Source: a virus. Taken from it: DNA of 63,002 nt. The notes under the pieces are model-generated. The model was not told the origin of the DNA and did no database searches. It saw only the letters and a program-made list of their open reading frames with translations. Positions within the stretch are counted from its first letter, which is position 1; each line of letters opens with the position of its first letter. The stretch lies in IMG/VR virus record IMGVR_UViG_3300045988_138661; one strand, written 5' to 3'. Positions 9,281 to 19,319 of the stretch are shown here, piece by piece. Position numbers and translations under genes: made by a program.

Positions 9281-9619
9281 ATGTCTGTTGATTTTGGTTC
9301 TAAGCTCGTGTGTGGCTACAAAGTCTCTAAGAACCTTCTTGAGAACTATGATAATATGGCTGAGGCTATTGAACAGCTTACCGAAGAAGGTTATTGGCAT
9401 CGCGCAAGCTGCTATGATAACGACGAAAATCCTATCTTCGGCTATCTTCTCGGTAAGTCTTCCGCGGGCGAGGCCGTCCGCATCGACAACATCTTCATCG
9501 CTCCGCAGGAGTATTATCGCCTTAACGACACAATGAAGGAAGCTTACGCAAAGTTTCTCAAAATCCCCATCGAAAGCCTTGATGATCCCGAGATTTTTCT
9601 AATCTCTACAATTTCTTAA
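9281..9619 (+). CDS. hypothetical protein (112 aa); N-terminus SVDFG shared with 51192 CDS
   Basis: RBS aaggagga; coupled to upstream stop. Confidence 0.6.
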   Translation: MSVDFGSKLVCGYKVSKNLLENYDNMAEAIEQLTEEGYWHRASCYDNDENPIFGYLLGKSSAGEAVRIDNIFIAPQEYYRLNDTMKEAYAKFLKIPIESLDDPEIFLISTIS

Positions 9620-9635
9620 AGAAAGGAAAATAAAT

Positions 9636-9890
9636 ATGAAACAATGCCCTGTTTATTATGAAGCACGCTATTGGGACGATTCTGATAAAATGGATAGACT
9701 TACGTGCGGTTTTATCTTCGCGGAAACCCTCGCAGAAGCCGGCCGTTGGGCAGAAGAATATTTCGAAGATCTTATCACTATCGCATTTACCCCTCTTGAC
9801 GAGGGCCCTTTGCGCGTCAATCATGATCTTGCTAACAAGATTCTAAAATTTGACGGCGAAGATGCTCCATATTCTGCTAAAGTGCTATGA
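9636..9890 (+). CDS. hypothetical protein (84 aa)
   Basis: RBS aaaggaaaataaat; TGA stop overlapping next ATG. Confidence 0.55.
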   Translation: MKQCPVYYEARYWDDSDKMDRLTCGFIFAETLAEAGRWAEEYFEDLITIAFTPLDEGPLRVNHDLANKILKFDGEDAPYSAKVL

Positions 9891-10330
9891 TGACTTTCCT
9901 ATGTAAGAATTGCGCTTACCTTTTGTCTAATGGTGCTTGTCCAATAGCAGGATATTCACCCGACCCCAATCAACCCGTTTGTAATAGCTTTAGCGACACT
10001 AAGTATACTTGTAAAGTTTGTCATAACCCAATTTTCCATAAGCAAATGGTTATTGACGACAAAGGAAATACTTATTGCGATAAATGTTTCGCAAGACTTA
10101 GCACATGCGCTAATTGTGAACAAAATGTGAACTGCGCATTTAATGATTCTCCCGACACGCCGAAAATGGTCCAAAAGCGAGAAATCGTTGGAAATATGCA
10201 AGCCGTCACGAATGTCCGTAATCCCGACATTGTCGAAAAGACGTGTAAGAAAGGTTGTTCTTGTTTTAACGAAGAAAATGGCTGTATGAGAGATTTCAAT
10301 TGTTGCGATAAACTTAACCCTATTCTTTAA
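9887..10330 (+). CDS. Cys-rich protein (147 aa; many CxxC pairs)
   Basis: translation shows more than 20 Cys in zinc-ribbon-like spacing. Confidence 0.55.
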   Translation: MMTFLCKNCAYLLSNGACPIAGYSPDPNQPVCNSFSDTKYTCKVCHNPIFHKQMVIDDKGNTYCDKCFARLSTCANCEQNVNCAFNDSPDTPKMVQKREIVGNMQAVTNVRNPDIVEKTCKKGCSCFNEENGCMRDFNCCDKLNPIL

Positions 10331-10344
10331 AGGAGTTTTTAAAT

Positions 10345-10944
10345 ATGTTTATCTTCTTCTTGAAAACGCTGATGGGCGGATTTGTTCTACCGGCCTTAAT
10401 TATTTTTCTAATTTTCGCCATTCATTCTGCTTATCGTAGTTATAGGTATTATAGCACTCTTTCCGATCCTAAGGCCAAGCATTTCCGCAATTGGTCTCAT
10501 CGCGACCGCGTTGATATTCTCCGTCAAATTATTCCTGCCTTTTGGATCGGCGTTTGTCTTTACCTCGCGGTAGGCATGTTTGGCGGAGTTATGATGTCTT
10601 CGGCTGTTGATGACTATTCTAAGTATGATTATACGATTACGGAAGCCCAAGAGCTAACAAGTATAGATAACGATGGCAATATCTATACTTACCGTGCCTT
10701 TGAAGGTGAGACTGTTTATTACACTTATCTTACACTCAGCACTGATGGCATTATGAGCACTGAGACCCATCCCGTGAATGACACAGTAATTGTTTACTCT
10801 AATCAGGTTCCGCACATTGAAAAGCGTCTCCCACGTTATGGCGATTGGAGAGAGTGGTTCTTTGTCTGCTCTAAGTCAACGCGAGCTTACCTTTATATTC
10901 CAGAAGGAACAGATATAGCGAAAGATTATATTGTGGAGAAATAA
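10345..10944 (+). CDS. membrane protein (199 aa; two hydrophobic helices)
   Basis: N-terminal hydrophobic stretches FVLPALIIFLIFAI and AFWIGVCLYLAVGMFGGVMM. Confidence 0.55.
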   Translation: MFIFFLKTLMGGFVLPALIIFLIFAIHSAYRSYRYYSTLSDPKAKHFRNWSHRDRVDILRQIIPAFWIGVCLYLAVGMFGGVMMSSAVDDYSKYDYTITEAQELTSIDNDGNIYTYRAFEGETVYYTYLTLSTDGIMSTETHPVNDTVIVYSNQVPHIEKRLPRYGDWREWFFVCSKSTRAYLYIPEGTDIAKDYIVEK

Positions 10945-10945
10945 A

Positions 10946-11215
10946 ATGAACAAAGGTGATTTAATTTATTTAAAAATGTCTAACGGCGACAGTGTTTTCT
11001 TCAACGTAAATGAAATCGTTGCGGTTCTTGTTTCTCATATTGCCAAGGATAATTCAGATGATGACAGTATTTCTACTGAAACTTTTGAAACAAAACTTGA
11101 CTTTTATATGAATGATAAATCTCATTATGAATATGTCTTTGATGATAGGTATTCTAATGGTACCGCAATTCTAAAACAACTTAAAAATTTTGTTTCTGAG
11201 GAGGCATTCAAATGA
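10946..11215 (+). CDS. hypothetical protein (~89 aa)
   Basis: start moved to ATG after RBS ggag (track start 10931). Confidence 0.5.
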   Translation: MNKGDLIYLKMSNGDSVFFNVNEIVAVLVSHIAKDNSDDDSISTETFETKLDFYMNDKSHYEYVFDDRYSNGTAILKQLKNFVSEEAFK

Positions 11216-11457
11216 TTGTAATTTTACACAACTTCCGCGGTTCTAAGTATCTTATTAATACTAACAATATTAACGCCGTCGAAATTCGACCCGTGAATTC
11301 TGAAACTTATGCAAAAGAAATCGCGGAAGCAGGCGGTGGTCCGCTCTCGTTTATTTACATTGATTGGCAATTCAATGCTTCAACAAGCATTCTCGTATCT
11401 TCTGAAACTGCCGAAGAGTTTCTCAATCTTTTTGAAGGCGCGATTGAAATCTTTTAA
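11212..11457 (+). CDS. hypothetical protein (81 aa)
   Basis: ATGA overlap with upstream stop, RBS gaggaggc. Confidence 0.55.
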   Translation: MIVILHNFRGSKYLINTNNINAVEIRPVNSETYAKEIAEAGGGPLSFIYIDWQFNASTSILVSSETAEEFLNLFEGAIEIF

Positions 11458-11515
11458 TTTCTAAATATATTATAACAAAAATTTTGGGTAAAATCAATTA
11501 ATGGAGGAATAATAT

Positions 11516-11731
11516 ATGAAGCATATGCCTGTCTTATTCATTTATGACGCGTTCTGTGATGAGATTTACTGCGCCACAAATATAAGTGGATCTGACGCTC
11601 TCGAAATCGCTATGTCCGCGATCGAAGAGAATGTTGAGAAACGATTCCATTGTCGTAAATTTGATACAAGACTTTACAAAGATGCATTGGAAGATATGAT
11701 TATTTATTATAATTATGCTCCCGTTCTCTAA
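11516..11731 (+). CDS. hypothetical protein (71 aa)
   Basis: RBS aatggaggaa; hairpin terminator-like aaaggatttgcgcaaaccgcaaatcctttttt after it. Confidence 0.55.
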   Translation: MKHMPVLFIYDAFCDEIYCATNISGSDALEIAMSAIEENVEKRFHCRKFDTRLYKDALEDMIIYYNYAPVL

Positions 11732-11767
11732 TTTTTAAAAGGATTTGCGCAAACCGCAAATCCTTTT

Positions 11768-11829
11768 TTGATTTTTTATAAAAAATAATATATAATATAT
11801 ATATAAAGTAAAGAAAGGAAATAAAAATT
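11768..11829 (+). promoter_or_regulatory. AT-rich promoter/leader consensus (ttgatttttTATAAAAAATAATATATAATATATATATAAAGTAAAGAAAGGAA)
   Basis: one of ~18 near-identical copies. Confidence 0.55.
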
Positions 11830-12150
11830 ATGACTACTTCTAATTCTAAGATTAAAACTCATTCCATTGGCATTCTTTGTGATACGGCGGGAGACCATAA
11901 TTTCTATTTCTTGAATGCATCTGAGGCCGATATGCAGGAAATGTTTATGGAGTATTGTCGAGATATGGTCGATGATAGTCTTATGGAGCATCAGTTCGAG
12001 GTAATTCAGAAAGACTCTGATAATGATTGGTATCTTTATCACGGCGAGATGACTGGTGATTGGACGAAGAGATTCTCTTCTTATCTCGATATGATGAATA
12101 ACGTCGCCGATGATGTTTTTATTGATTTCGTTGATGCGATTGAAATGTAA
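11830..12150 (+). CDS. acidic hypothetical protein (106 aa)
   Basis: ATG placed ~10 nt after consensus aagga leader. Confidence 0.6.
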   Translation: MTTSNSKIKTHSIGILCDTAGDHNFYFLNASEADMQEMFMEYCRDMVDDSLMEHQFEVIQKDSDNDWYLYHGEMTGDWTKRFSSYLDMMNNVADDVFIDFVDAIEM

Positions 12151-12161
12151 GGAGAATAATT

Positions 12162-12443
12162 ATGAAAGAAATTACTTGTTATAAAATTGAAGATGGAGTG
12201 ATTGGTAAGTCTTGGACCTTCGCCAATATTTCTGAAGCAGAAATACAAGAGTTATATCTCGCTTTCATTGAAGGCGCAATCGAAGAAGATATTATGGAAA
12301 CTCAGCGAATCGAATACTTCGATCTCCCTCTTCCTAAGCCCGATTGGTGGCGAGTAGAAGAGGATTATCAGAAAGAAGTTGATAGACTTCGTCTTATGGA
12401 TAGCGAGTTCTATATGCATAAATTTAATGCTTATACGTTTTAA
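12162..12443 (+). CDS. hypothetical protein (93 aa)
   Basis: RBS aaggagaa. Confidence 0.55.
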   Translation: MKEITCYKIEDGVIGKSWTFANISEAEIQELYLAFIEGAIEEDIMETQRIEYFDLPLPKPDWWRVEEDYQKEVDRLRLMDSEFYMHKFNAYTF

Positions 12444-12454
12444 GGAGAATATAA

Positions 12455-13189
12455 ATGATTCCTGGACTTTATGAAATCTTTAATACGCGCTGGGGTGGTC
12501 AGACGGTCTGGGTATCCTCTGATTGGCATTTTGGCGATTCAGATTTGCGGATTGGCCACCCCAACCGCATTTCTGATGACGATCTTGTAAAACTTTTAAA
12601 TAGCAAAGCAGGTCGGAAAGACACACTCATTTGTCTCGGTGATGTAGGTGATATCTCTTATGTGCGGAAACTGCGCGCCGGTTATAAGGTTCTCATCAAG
12701 GGCAACCACGATGCTGGCTCTGAAAACTATAAGCGCAAAATTGTCAAGAAGAGATTCTCTATGAATCACTATCGAAAGGACGAAGCGCTTATGGAAATGA
12801 AGCGTCTTTATCCTGATTGTAAGTATTTTATTGATTCGGGATTTAATTTCTGCACTCCCTTTGAATATTGGGAGATTACCGCGGATAATGGTCTTTTCGA
12901 CGAAGTATATGATGGCGTGCTCCTTATTGGTGAGAAACTTATGCTTTCTCACGAACCAATTAAGCAGGACTGGGCTCTCGATCTTCACGGCCATGACCAC
13001 AATCATAAAGAGACGGACATCTATCACAAGAATGTTTGTATAGATGTGTTTGGCCCCGCCCCTTTAAACTTAAATCAGTTCATGAAAAATGGCCCGACTG
13101 CGAAGATCGAGAGCGTCCATAGAAAGACGATTGATACCGCGACCAAGAGAAAGCAGAAGCGAGGAGGTAAAAAGATATGGGAGAAATGA
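12455..13189 (+). CDS. calcineurin-like metallophosphoesterase / Ser-Thr phosphatase family (244 aa)
   Basis: motifs SDWHFG (GDxHG), GDVGD (GDxxDRG-like), GNHD (GNHE-like), HGH in canonical order. Confidence 0.65.
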   Translation: MIPGLYEIFNTRWGGQTVWVSSDWHFGDSDLRIGHPNRISDDDLVKLLNSKAGRKDTLICLGDVGDISYVRKLRAGYKVLIKGNHDAGSENYKRKIVKKRFSMNHYRKDEALMEMKRLYPDCKYFIDSGFNFCTPFEYWEITADNGLFDEVYDGVLLIGEKLMLSHEPIKQDWALDLHGHDHNHKETDIYHKNVCIDVFGPAPLNLNQFMKNGPTAKIESVHRKTIDTATKRKQKRGGKKIWEK

Positions 13190-13346
13190 TTATTATGCTA
13201 TTTATCATATTAGTATTTTTCGGCTTTATGTATATGGATCTACTGAATGATGATACTATGCCTCTCAATGAGAAGTATTATTATTGCGGTATGGGCATGT
13301 TGCTTTGCCTGTTTGCCGGTTTTATTCAGTCAGTCTTTTATGTTTA
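13176..13346 (+). CDS. small membrane protein (~56 aa)
   Basis: below ORF-track cutoff; two hydrophobic segments. Confidence 0.35.
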
Positions 13347-13423
13347 AAATAATAATTCTTTGTTTTTGCGCTCTTGGCATTTTATCCGTTTTGTTCGATG
13401 ACTTAGATTAAGGAGAAGGATAT

Positions 13424-13630
13424 ATGGTAGGATTTATTATAGAAATTATTCTTGGATTAATTGTAATAAGGCTTGCCCTATATATCTTCAACCTTACCGA
13501 CTGCGCTGACCCTTTTGAAGATATGTTTCTGATTGATACTTGTCTCATTACCGGAACCCTTCTACTTGTAATCTCTGCACTCCCAATCATTTTAGGATTG
13601 TATGGAGTAATTCAATATTTTATTCATTAA
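13424..13630 (+). CDS. small membrane protein (68 aa)
   Basis: RBS aaggagaagg; highly hydrophobic. Confidence 0.5.
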   Translation: MVGFIIEIILGLIVIRLALYIFNLTDCADPFEDMFLIDTCLITGTLLLVISALPIILGLYGVIQYFIH

Positions 13631-13643
13631 GGAGAAGATAGTT

Positions 13644-14048
13644 ATGCTTTATGTAGTTTTTATTCTTGCGTTCGTGGCCTTTATTGCTCTCGCAGCTTGG
13701 GGTTTTTATAGATATTCTGATCTTGGTTGTATTAGTTCGATTGTCGGCATCATTGGTACTGCTATCTTTGGAATCGTAATAGTATTTTCTACTATTGTGG
13801 TTGTCAATGAAAATGTATGCAGTGATGCTCTTTACGAGAAATATACAACTCGTAAGGCTACTCTTGAATGGCGACTTGAGCAGAACTATACTGATAATGA
13901 CAATAACCTTGGTGCAACTGAACTTTATAAAGAAATTCAGGAATATAATGAAGACCTTGCGAGCGCAAAGGCTAATCGCGCGAACCCTTGGTTGAAGGTT
14001 TTTGCGGGAGAGTATGTTGATCGACTTGAACCTATTGAGTTAAAGTAA
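13644..14048 (+). CDS. membrane-anchored protein (134 aa)
   Basis: RBS aaggagaaga; N-terminal double TM. Confidence 0.5.
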   Translation: MLYVVFILAFVAFIALAAWGFYRYSDLGCISSIVGIIGTAIFGIVIVFSTIVVVNENVCSDALYEKYTTRKATLEWRLEQNYTDNDNNLGATELYKEIQEYNEDLASAKANRANPWLKVFAGEYVDRLEPIELK

Positions 14049-14059
14049 GGAGAATAAAA

Positions 14060-14650
14060 ATGATTATTTGTAAACATTGCGGTCAGCCCATTTCTGATAA
14101 GTCAAAAGTTTGTCCGTTTTGTGGAGGCAATGTAAAGATTCCTTTCTATGATAAGACGTGGTTCCATATTCTCCTTGTGCTTATTATCTTTACGGGAATT
14201 GATTATGTCATTAGGAATCCCAATCCTGAACCCACGGTATATAGCCCTCCGATTGTAGAAAGCGCGGGAGCCTCGTCTCAGAGTTCGGTTGATCCCGTCG
14301 AAGAGACCGATGAGCAGGAAACCGCGGAATACTCATCCGAATCTCTTTCTAAGATGATTGATATGGTAGAAGATTATCCTATTAAGGCTGAGGAAGAGTA
14401 TACCGGTAAGTATATTCAGGTATCAGGATATCTTGACACCGTTGATAGCGATGGTAAATATTTTACTATTGTATCCGATCCTGATGATTTTACTCTCTTA
14501 GATAATATCCATTGGAGTATGGACAAGGACTCTGATGTTTATGATTTCATTAAGAATGCCAAGGAAGGCTCTTATATTACCGTTTGTGGCGAAATCACCG
14601 ATGTAGGCGAAACTATTTATTACATGGGCGACGCTCATTCAGTTCATTAA
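14060..14650 (+). CDS. zinc-ribbon plus TM protein (196 aa)
   Basis: CKHCGQ...CPFCGG then hydrophobic helix. Confidence 0.5.
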   Translation: MIICKHCGQPISDKSKVCPFCGGNVKIPFYDKTWFHILLVLIIFTGIDYVIRNPNPEPTVYSPPIVESAGASSQSSVDPVEETDEQETAEYSSESLSKMIDMVEDYPIKAEEEYTGKYIQVSGYLDTVDSDGKYFTIVSDPDDFTLLDNIHWSMDKDSDVYDFIKNAKEGSYITVCGEITDVGETIYYMGDAHSVH

Positions 14651-14658
14651 ATAAAATA

Positions 14659-14686
14659 AGGACTTATGTTAATTCATAAGTCCTTA
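14659..14686 (+). terminator. hairpin terminator (aaggacttatgttaattcataagtcctt)
   Basis: inverted repeat before next promoter copy. Confidence 0.5.
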
Positions 14687-14740
14687 TTTTATTTTTATAA
14701 AAAAATATAATATAATATATATATAAAGTTAAGAAAGGAA

Positions 14741-15025
14741 ATGAAAATTATGTATGTAGAGCTTTGGGATCTAATTGGTAGAAAGTATACTGATCCAGAA
14801 GATGATGAATACGCAATGCTCGTTTCTAAGGATGGCGTTCATATTGCCAACGCGGTTGAGATTCTTTTCTCTAAGGCTAAGGGCGAGGGTCGAATCCGCG
14901 AGTATAATATTGAAATCCCCTGCGTCTTCGACACAATCGGCATCGAAATGGTTTACGTGCTAATTGTCTCTTGGATTAACGCAGATGGCTCTCTTGGAAC
15001 TTATTATACGGAGGTATGTCATTAA
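14741..15025 (+). CDS. hypothetical protein (94 aa)
   Basis: consensus promoter-leader upstream. Confidence 0.55.
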   Translation: MKIMYVELWDLIGRKYTDPEDDEYAMLVSKDGVHIANAVEILFSKAKGEGRIREYNIEIPCVFDTIGIEMVYVLIVSWINADGSLGTYYTEVCH

Positions 15026-15273
15026 TGACTATTTATGCTCTTTGTTATCATTATGATAGTTTTGGCGGTGATGATACCGCGGTGCTTGGCCTTTATTCTA
15101 CTGAGGAAAAGGCTTTTGAAGCAGGACGAAAAAAAGAAAAGGAAGCGCAAGAACGTTGGAAAAAAAATAAGTCTATTTCATATTGTAAAAAGCCTTCATT
15201 TGATGGGTTTTTCGTTCACAGCTACGGCGACTACTATGTAAAGATTATGGAAGTTGATAAGGAGACTACCTAA
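15026..15273 (+). CDS. hypothetical protein (~82 aa)
   Basis: start set at ATG after RBS ggaggt (track start 15016). Confidence 0.5.
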
Positions 15274-15590
15274 TGGTTGTAATGATTTATGCTTATGAAA
15301 GCGTCTATTGCGGACTCCACGGTATAAATACTGGCGGTGTCTTCGAGGTTGATAGTGCCGCAGAAGCTGATGATATTGGCAAAGGAATGGCTTATGATGT
15401 AATTGATAGTTATAGTCATGCCTTTGAGGATTACGACCTGGAAGAAGTAGAGGAAGGCATTGAATGGGAAGTCTGGCCCGTCCGCGATAACACTGGACTT
15501 TCCGTCAGTGAGCTTGACTGCGAGTTTGCGAACCTCGGTAAAAGTCTCTTTATTGATGAGTATTGTTGTGTAGATATCCACAATACTTAA
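15273..15590 (+). CDS. acidic hypothetical protein (105 aa)
   Basis: taATGg coupling. Confidence 0.5.
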   Translation: MVVMIYAYESVYCGLHGINTGGVFEVDSAAEADDIGKGMAYDVIDSYSHAFEDYDLEEVEEGIEWEVWPVRDNTGLSVSELDCEFANLGKSLFIDEYCCVDIHNT

Positions 15591-15835
15591 TATAAAACTC
15601 TGGAAGGGCATTCTCTTCCCCAATAGGATAAAGTTTCAGTCCATACCGCCCAAGGGTGCTATTCAATAAGGTTAGATTATAAGTGGGTATGATAGTTCTA
15701 CTAACAAACTTGAATAGGCTATATTATATACGCTAAATCCTTGATTGTATGATACCTCCAAAAAAGAGTTTTATTGATTTTTTATAAAAAATAATATATA
15801 ATATATATAGAAAGTTAAGAAAGGGAATGATAATT

Positions 15836-16009
15836 ATGAAGTTGATAGAAAAGCCCTGTACTAAGGAAGACGCAGTTGAGGCTCTTGAAACAATTGACAC
15901 CTATGTTGATATGCTTTACTGGCAAGGTGTCATTGATAGCGATGAGCTTGATGAACTTACTTCGAATATTTCAATTCTCAAAAGCTTTATTCGAAATGTA
16001 AAAGAATAA
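15836..16009 (+). CDS. hypothetical small protein (~57 aa)
   Basis: start per consensus leader spacing (track start 15827). Confidence 0.45.
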   Translation: MKLIEKPCTKEDAVEALETIDTYVDMLYWQGVIDSDELDELTSNISILKSFIRNVKE

Positions 16010-16043
16010 TCAATAAATATTAGTGAGAGAGGAAATGATAATT

Positions 16044-16346
16044 ATGGAGAAGTTTATTAATGCAATCGTTTTTGATGATGGCTATCACGATAAGTTTGTC
16101 ATCTGCAAAGGTGATATTCATAAGTATAATTTCTGTCTTTTTGTTAATAAGATTGCAATTTGTCATGATGAAACTTATATTTTTAAGACCATTCATTATG
16201 AAGACCTCGAAGAAGAAAGCAATGTCGCAGAAGCTTTTGAAGTAATGGATTCTTCTACTGAGTTATTTCATACTGAAAATACTGTAAAGGCTTTCGAAAT
16301 TCTTTGGAATTGCGAAGATGCGGTTGAAGGCATTGATGTTTATTAA
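16044..16346 (+). CDS. hypothetical protein (~100 aa)
   Basis: RBS gagaggaaatg..att ATG (track start 16023). Confidence 0.45.
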   Translation: MEKFINAIVFDDGYHDKFVICKGDIHKYNFCLFVNKIAICHDETYIFKTIHYEDLEEESNVAEAFEVMDSSTELFHTENTVKAFEILWNCEDAVEGIDVY

Positions 16347-16367
16347 GATTATGGAGGAGTGATCAAT

Positions 16368-16967
16368 ATGTTTTATTATGTTAATTATAAAGATAACTGG
16401 GCTGATGAAATGTTTGTTGATGGCTTTTCCATTATGGACGAAAAGGAATACGAGCACTATACTGCGACTGTAAATGCGATCGTTGCAGATATTGAATGTG
16501 GTCTGCCATTTATTTATCAGATCGGCACCAATGAGGAAATTGAATATAATAATGTCAACGATTTCCTTAGTGCATTTGAAGTGTCTGAGTTCGAAGAGTA
16601 TCCCGAAGGCATTGAAATGGTCTTCGGTAAAAAGTTTCCTGAGTTTGGTTTCTTCCCTTATGAGCAGATGCTTGACACTCTTTGGGATCGAGCTAATGAC
16701 CTTGAAGAGGAAGAAGATAATGAAATGCGCGAAGAGTATTATCGCATTGATTATTACAATTCTGTCTCTAATGAACATGTTGGCGATCCGGTGTATATCA
16801 AGGTTAAGGGTTATTCTAATATTGAGATTGATGCTCAGATTGAAACCTTTGAGGAGCATTTTGCCACGGAATATAATAAGCAGTATGGCGTATATGTCTA
16901 CCCTGAGACTTGTCAGATTTATAAGGAACTTTATGACAAGGAGATGAATCTTAATGGCAACGAGTAA
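16368..16967 (+). CDS. acidic hypothetical protein (~199 aa)
   Basis: RBS ggagga 9 nt upstream of ATG 16368. Confidence 0.55.
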   Translation: MFYYVNYKDNWADEMFVDGFSIMDEKEYEHYTATVNAIVADIECGLPFIYQIGTNEEIEYNNVNDFLSAFEVSEFEEYPEGIEMVFGKKFPEFGFFPYEQMLDTLWDRANDLEEEEDNEMREEYYRIDYYNSVSNEHVGDPVYIKVKGYSNIEIDAQIETFEEHFATEYNKQYGVYVYPETCQIYKELYDKEMNLNGNE

Positions 16968-17232
16968 GTATAAGAAGAGCGCGAAAGACCTTGCTTTTGA
17001 GCGCGAGAAGGTTAAACTTCAAGCGCGTAATCTTCAACTTTGTAGAGAACTTGCGGAAGCCCAAAAGGAACTGGAAGCCGCGAAGAAAGAGCTTGAAGAG
17101 AGTCGTGCGCGCAATGCGGAACTCATTTCTTACATTGAGGAAACTACTGGTTGTTGCCCTGAGACTTTCAAGAAAGATATTAAGAACCGCGAAATGATTG
17201 CGGGTTTGCTCTGTTCTCTTCTCAGGCTATAA
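16954..17232 (+). CDS. coiled-coil protein (92 aa)
   Basis: heptad-like ELEAAKKELEESRARNAEL. Confidence 0.5.
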   Translation: MATSKYKKSAKDLAFEREKVKLQARNLQLCRELAEAQKELEAAKKELEESRARNAELISYIEETTGCCPETFKKDIKNREMIAGLLCSLLRL

Positions 17233-17533
17233 GAAAAAGATACAGAGGGCCCTCATGATGAAAAATAATATTTTAGGTAATATTTTAGGCGGACTTTGTT
17301 TCTGGGTTTTATGCATCAATATTATGGAAGGTATTGGCATGAAGATTGCGGTTCCCGCACTAATCACTTGGTTGGTTCTGGCGTTTCGCTGTTTCTGGAA
17401 CGCTTACAATGATAAATATAGCGATGATTAAAGACCTTATATAAACCATAAGGTCTTTCTTTATTTTTATAAAAAAATATATTATAATATTTATAGAAAG
17501 TTAAAGAGAAGATAAAAAAAAGGAGAGACGCTT

Positions 17534-17803
17534 ATGCTTGGCACTGTTAATATTCCTTATTCTAAAATTGAAGAAGATATTGAGAATATTTGCGTTGAGT
17601 ATGGCCATGGTGGTTATGATGTAATGACTTGCGACGAGATCGCAGTTGATAAAATTCTTGAGTATTTTAATCATCTTCGTATTCAGCAATGGAATCTTTC
17701 TTGCGCTGAATGGCCCAATAGAGAAGGTGGTGCTTGCTTTGTCTCTTGGATTGAGGAAGGTCATTTGTGTGGTTATGGATTTGATTATTTGATGGATAAT
17801 TAA
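17534..17803 (+). CDS. hypothetical protein (89 aa)
   Basis: promoter-leader copy at 17456-17515, RBS aaaaggagag. Confidence 0.55.
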   Translation: MLGTVNIPYSKIEEDIENICVEYGHGGYDVMTCDEIAVDKILEYFNHLRIQQWNLSCAEWPNREGGACFVSWIEEGHLCGYGFDYLMDN

Positions 17804-17818
17804 CAAGGAGTTTTAATT

Positions 17819-18133
17819 ATGAAAACGATTTACGCTATTAGGGACAATGAGACTGAGGAGATTGTTCTTCTTACAGAAACTATTGATGACGCTCAGGAGA
17901 CAGTTCTTTCTCTCCAAGAGGAAGCAATGTATGAGCGATTCCTTGATGATACTGTGCGATTCACCAGTTCTTACCTTACTATTGAACCGGAAAAGTGGTG
18001 GAGTGAGGTTGCCAGTTTGAAAAATTTGTATAGCAAGCTTAAGGCAATGAAGTCTCCTTATACTACGACTGAAGGTTTCGCAATTCAGTTTAAGAGCCAT
18101 GAATATTATATTGAGGAGCGGACAATCCTATGA
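17819..18133 (+). CDS. hypothetical protein (104 aa)
   Basis: RBS caaggagt. Confidence 0.55.
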   Translation: MKTIYAIRDNETEEIVLLTETIDDAQETVLSLQEEAMYERFLDDTVRFTSSYLTIEPEKWWSEVASLKNLYSKLKAMKSPYTTTEGFAIQFKSHEYYIEERTIL

Positions 18134-18417
18134 AAAGAGTTTATTTAGTATGTGATGAATTTAGCCCCATTTTAGCTTGCGGTGATCTTTCAGATGCATA
18201 TGAAATGCTTCTTTCTTTTTATGAAGAAAAAACTTATGGTGATTTTCTTTGGTCTTGTGTTTATCACGATTTATCCATTGAAGATTATTTTGATAGTATG
18301 AAAGACTCTTTTGAGCTATATAATAAGTGTAATAACTCTAAGAAATATGAAACACTTGAAGCTTATATCTTAGATCACGAAAAACATTTTAGCATAGTTA
18401 GTATGTGGGAGGCGTAA
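18130..18417 (+). CDS. hypothetical protein (95 aa)
   Basis: ATGA overlap. Confidence 0.5.
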   Translation: MKRVYLVCDEFSPILACGDLSDAYEMLLSFYEEKTYGDFLWSCVYHDLSIEDYFDSMKDSFELYNKCNNSKKYETLEAYILDHEKHFSIVSMWEA

Positions 18418-18420
18418 AGC

Positions 18421-19140
18421 ATGGTGGCTCCGAGTTTTCAGAAATTTGAATTTATTGGCGACGTGTATGTGTCTGCGGGAAAGAAATATATTCAGGTGAA
18501 GAACCCAAAAACCGGAACTATTCGCCAGGTGCGTTGGTATGAAGACGCGGAGTATACTAGGCTTTACCCAGAAAAATCCCAAGAGGTAGCAACTAAGATG
18601 GCTCCACATCGTCAAGTTCTTGGGTTTGGCGACGCAGGCTACATCACGATTTTCAAAGGTAATTGTGATGAAGAGAATGATTGGTTTAAGATGAGTTCCG
18701 CACGTTATACGCGGTTGTGGGGTTGGTATTTCCGCTCATGTGATGAGATTCCCGCGCTTCCCGCAGATGTTGAACCGATTCGTCTTGATTGGGATAAGGT
18801 CGGCGGAGCAGACGGCGAACTTTATCGTGAAGAAGTGGTAAAGCACGCGGTTGATGCCCTTATATATGATGAAAGTTTGGCTCAGTGGATCGGTAATATC
18901 GGCGACCGCATTGATATTACCGTAAAGATTGATGATAAGCACGCTCTTGAAAGCAAATATGGTCATACTATTGCTTACTCTATGAGTGATGCTGATGGTA
19001 ATCAGTTTATGTGGATTACTTCTTCCAAGAGTGATTGGACTATTGGAAATACTTATCATATCCGCGGAACTGTGAAATCACAAGATGTTCGTAAGAATGT
19101 AAAGATTAACACGTTAACGAGATGTAGTGAGGTAAAATAA
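18421..19140 (+). CDS. hypothetical protein (239 aa)
   Basis: long ORF, RBS gggaggcg. Confidence 0.55.
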   Translation: MVAPSFQKFEFIGDVYVSAGKKYIQVKNPKTGTIRQVRWYEDAEYTRLYPEKSQEVATKMAPHRQVLGFGDAGYITIFKGNCDEENDWFKMSSARYTRLWGWYFRSCDEIPALPADVEPIRLDWDKVGGADGELYREEVVKHAVDALIYDESLAQWIGNIGDRIDITVKIDDKHALESKYGHTIAYSMSDADGNQFMWITSSKSDWTIGNTYHIRGTVKSQDVRKNVKINTLTRCSEVK

Positions 19141-19316
19141 TGGAAATGGAACCTATTTATTGTGCGTATGACACTTTAAATCCTACCATCAATCCTGATG
19201 GAACTGAGAAGCATTGGTGCAGTAGTTATAATACTTATATTTGTCTCAAATGTCCTTCTCGATTTGATGGTGAACGTATCAAAAATTATATGGAAAATAA
19301 TCCAAAGGAGCATTAA
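19140..19316 (+). CDS. small Cys-rich protein (58 aa)
   Basis: taATGg coupling; below track cutoff. Confidence 0.4.
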   Translation: MEMEPIYCAYDTLNPTINPDGTEKHWCSSYNTYICLKCPSRFDGERIKNYMENNPKEH

Positions 19317-19319
19317 ATT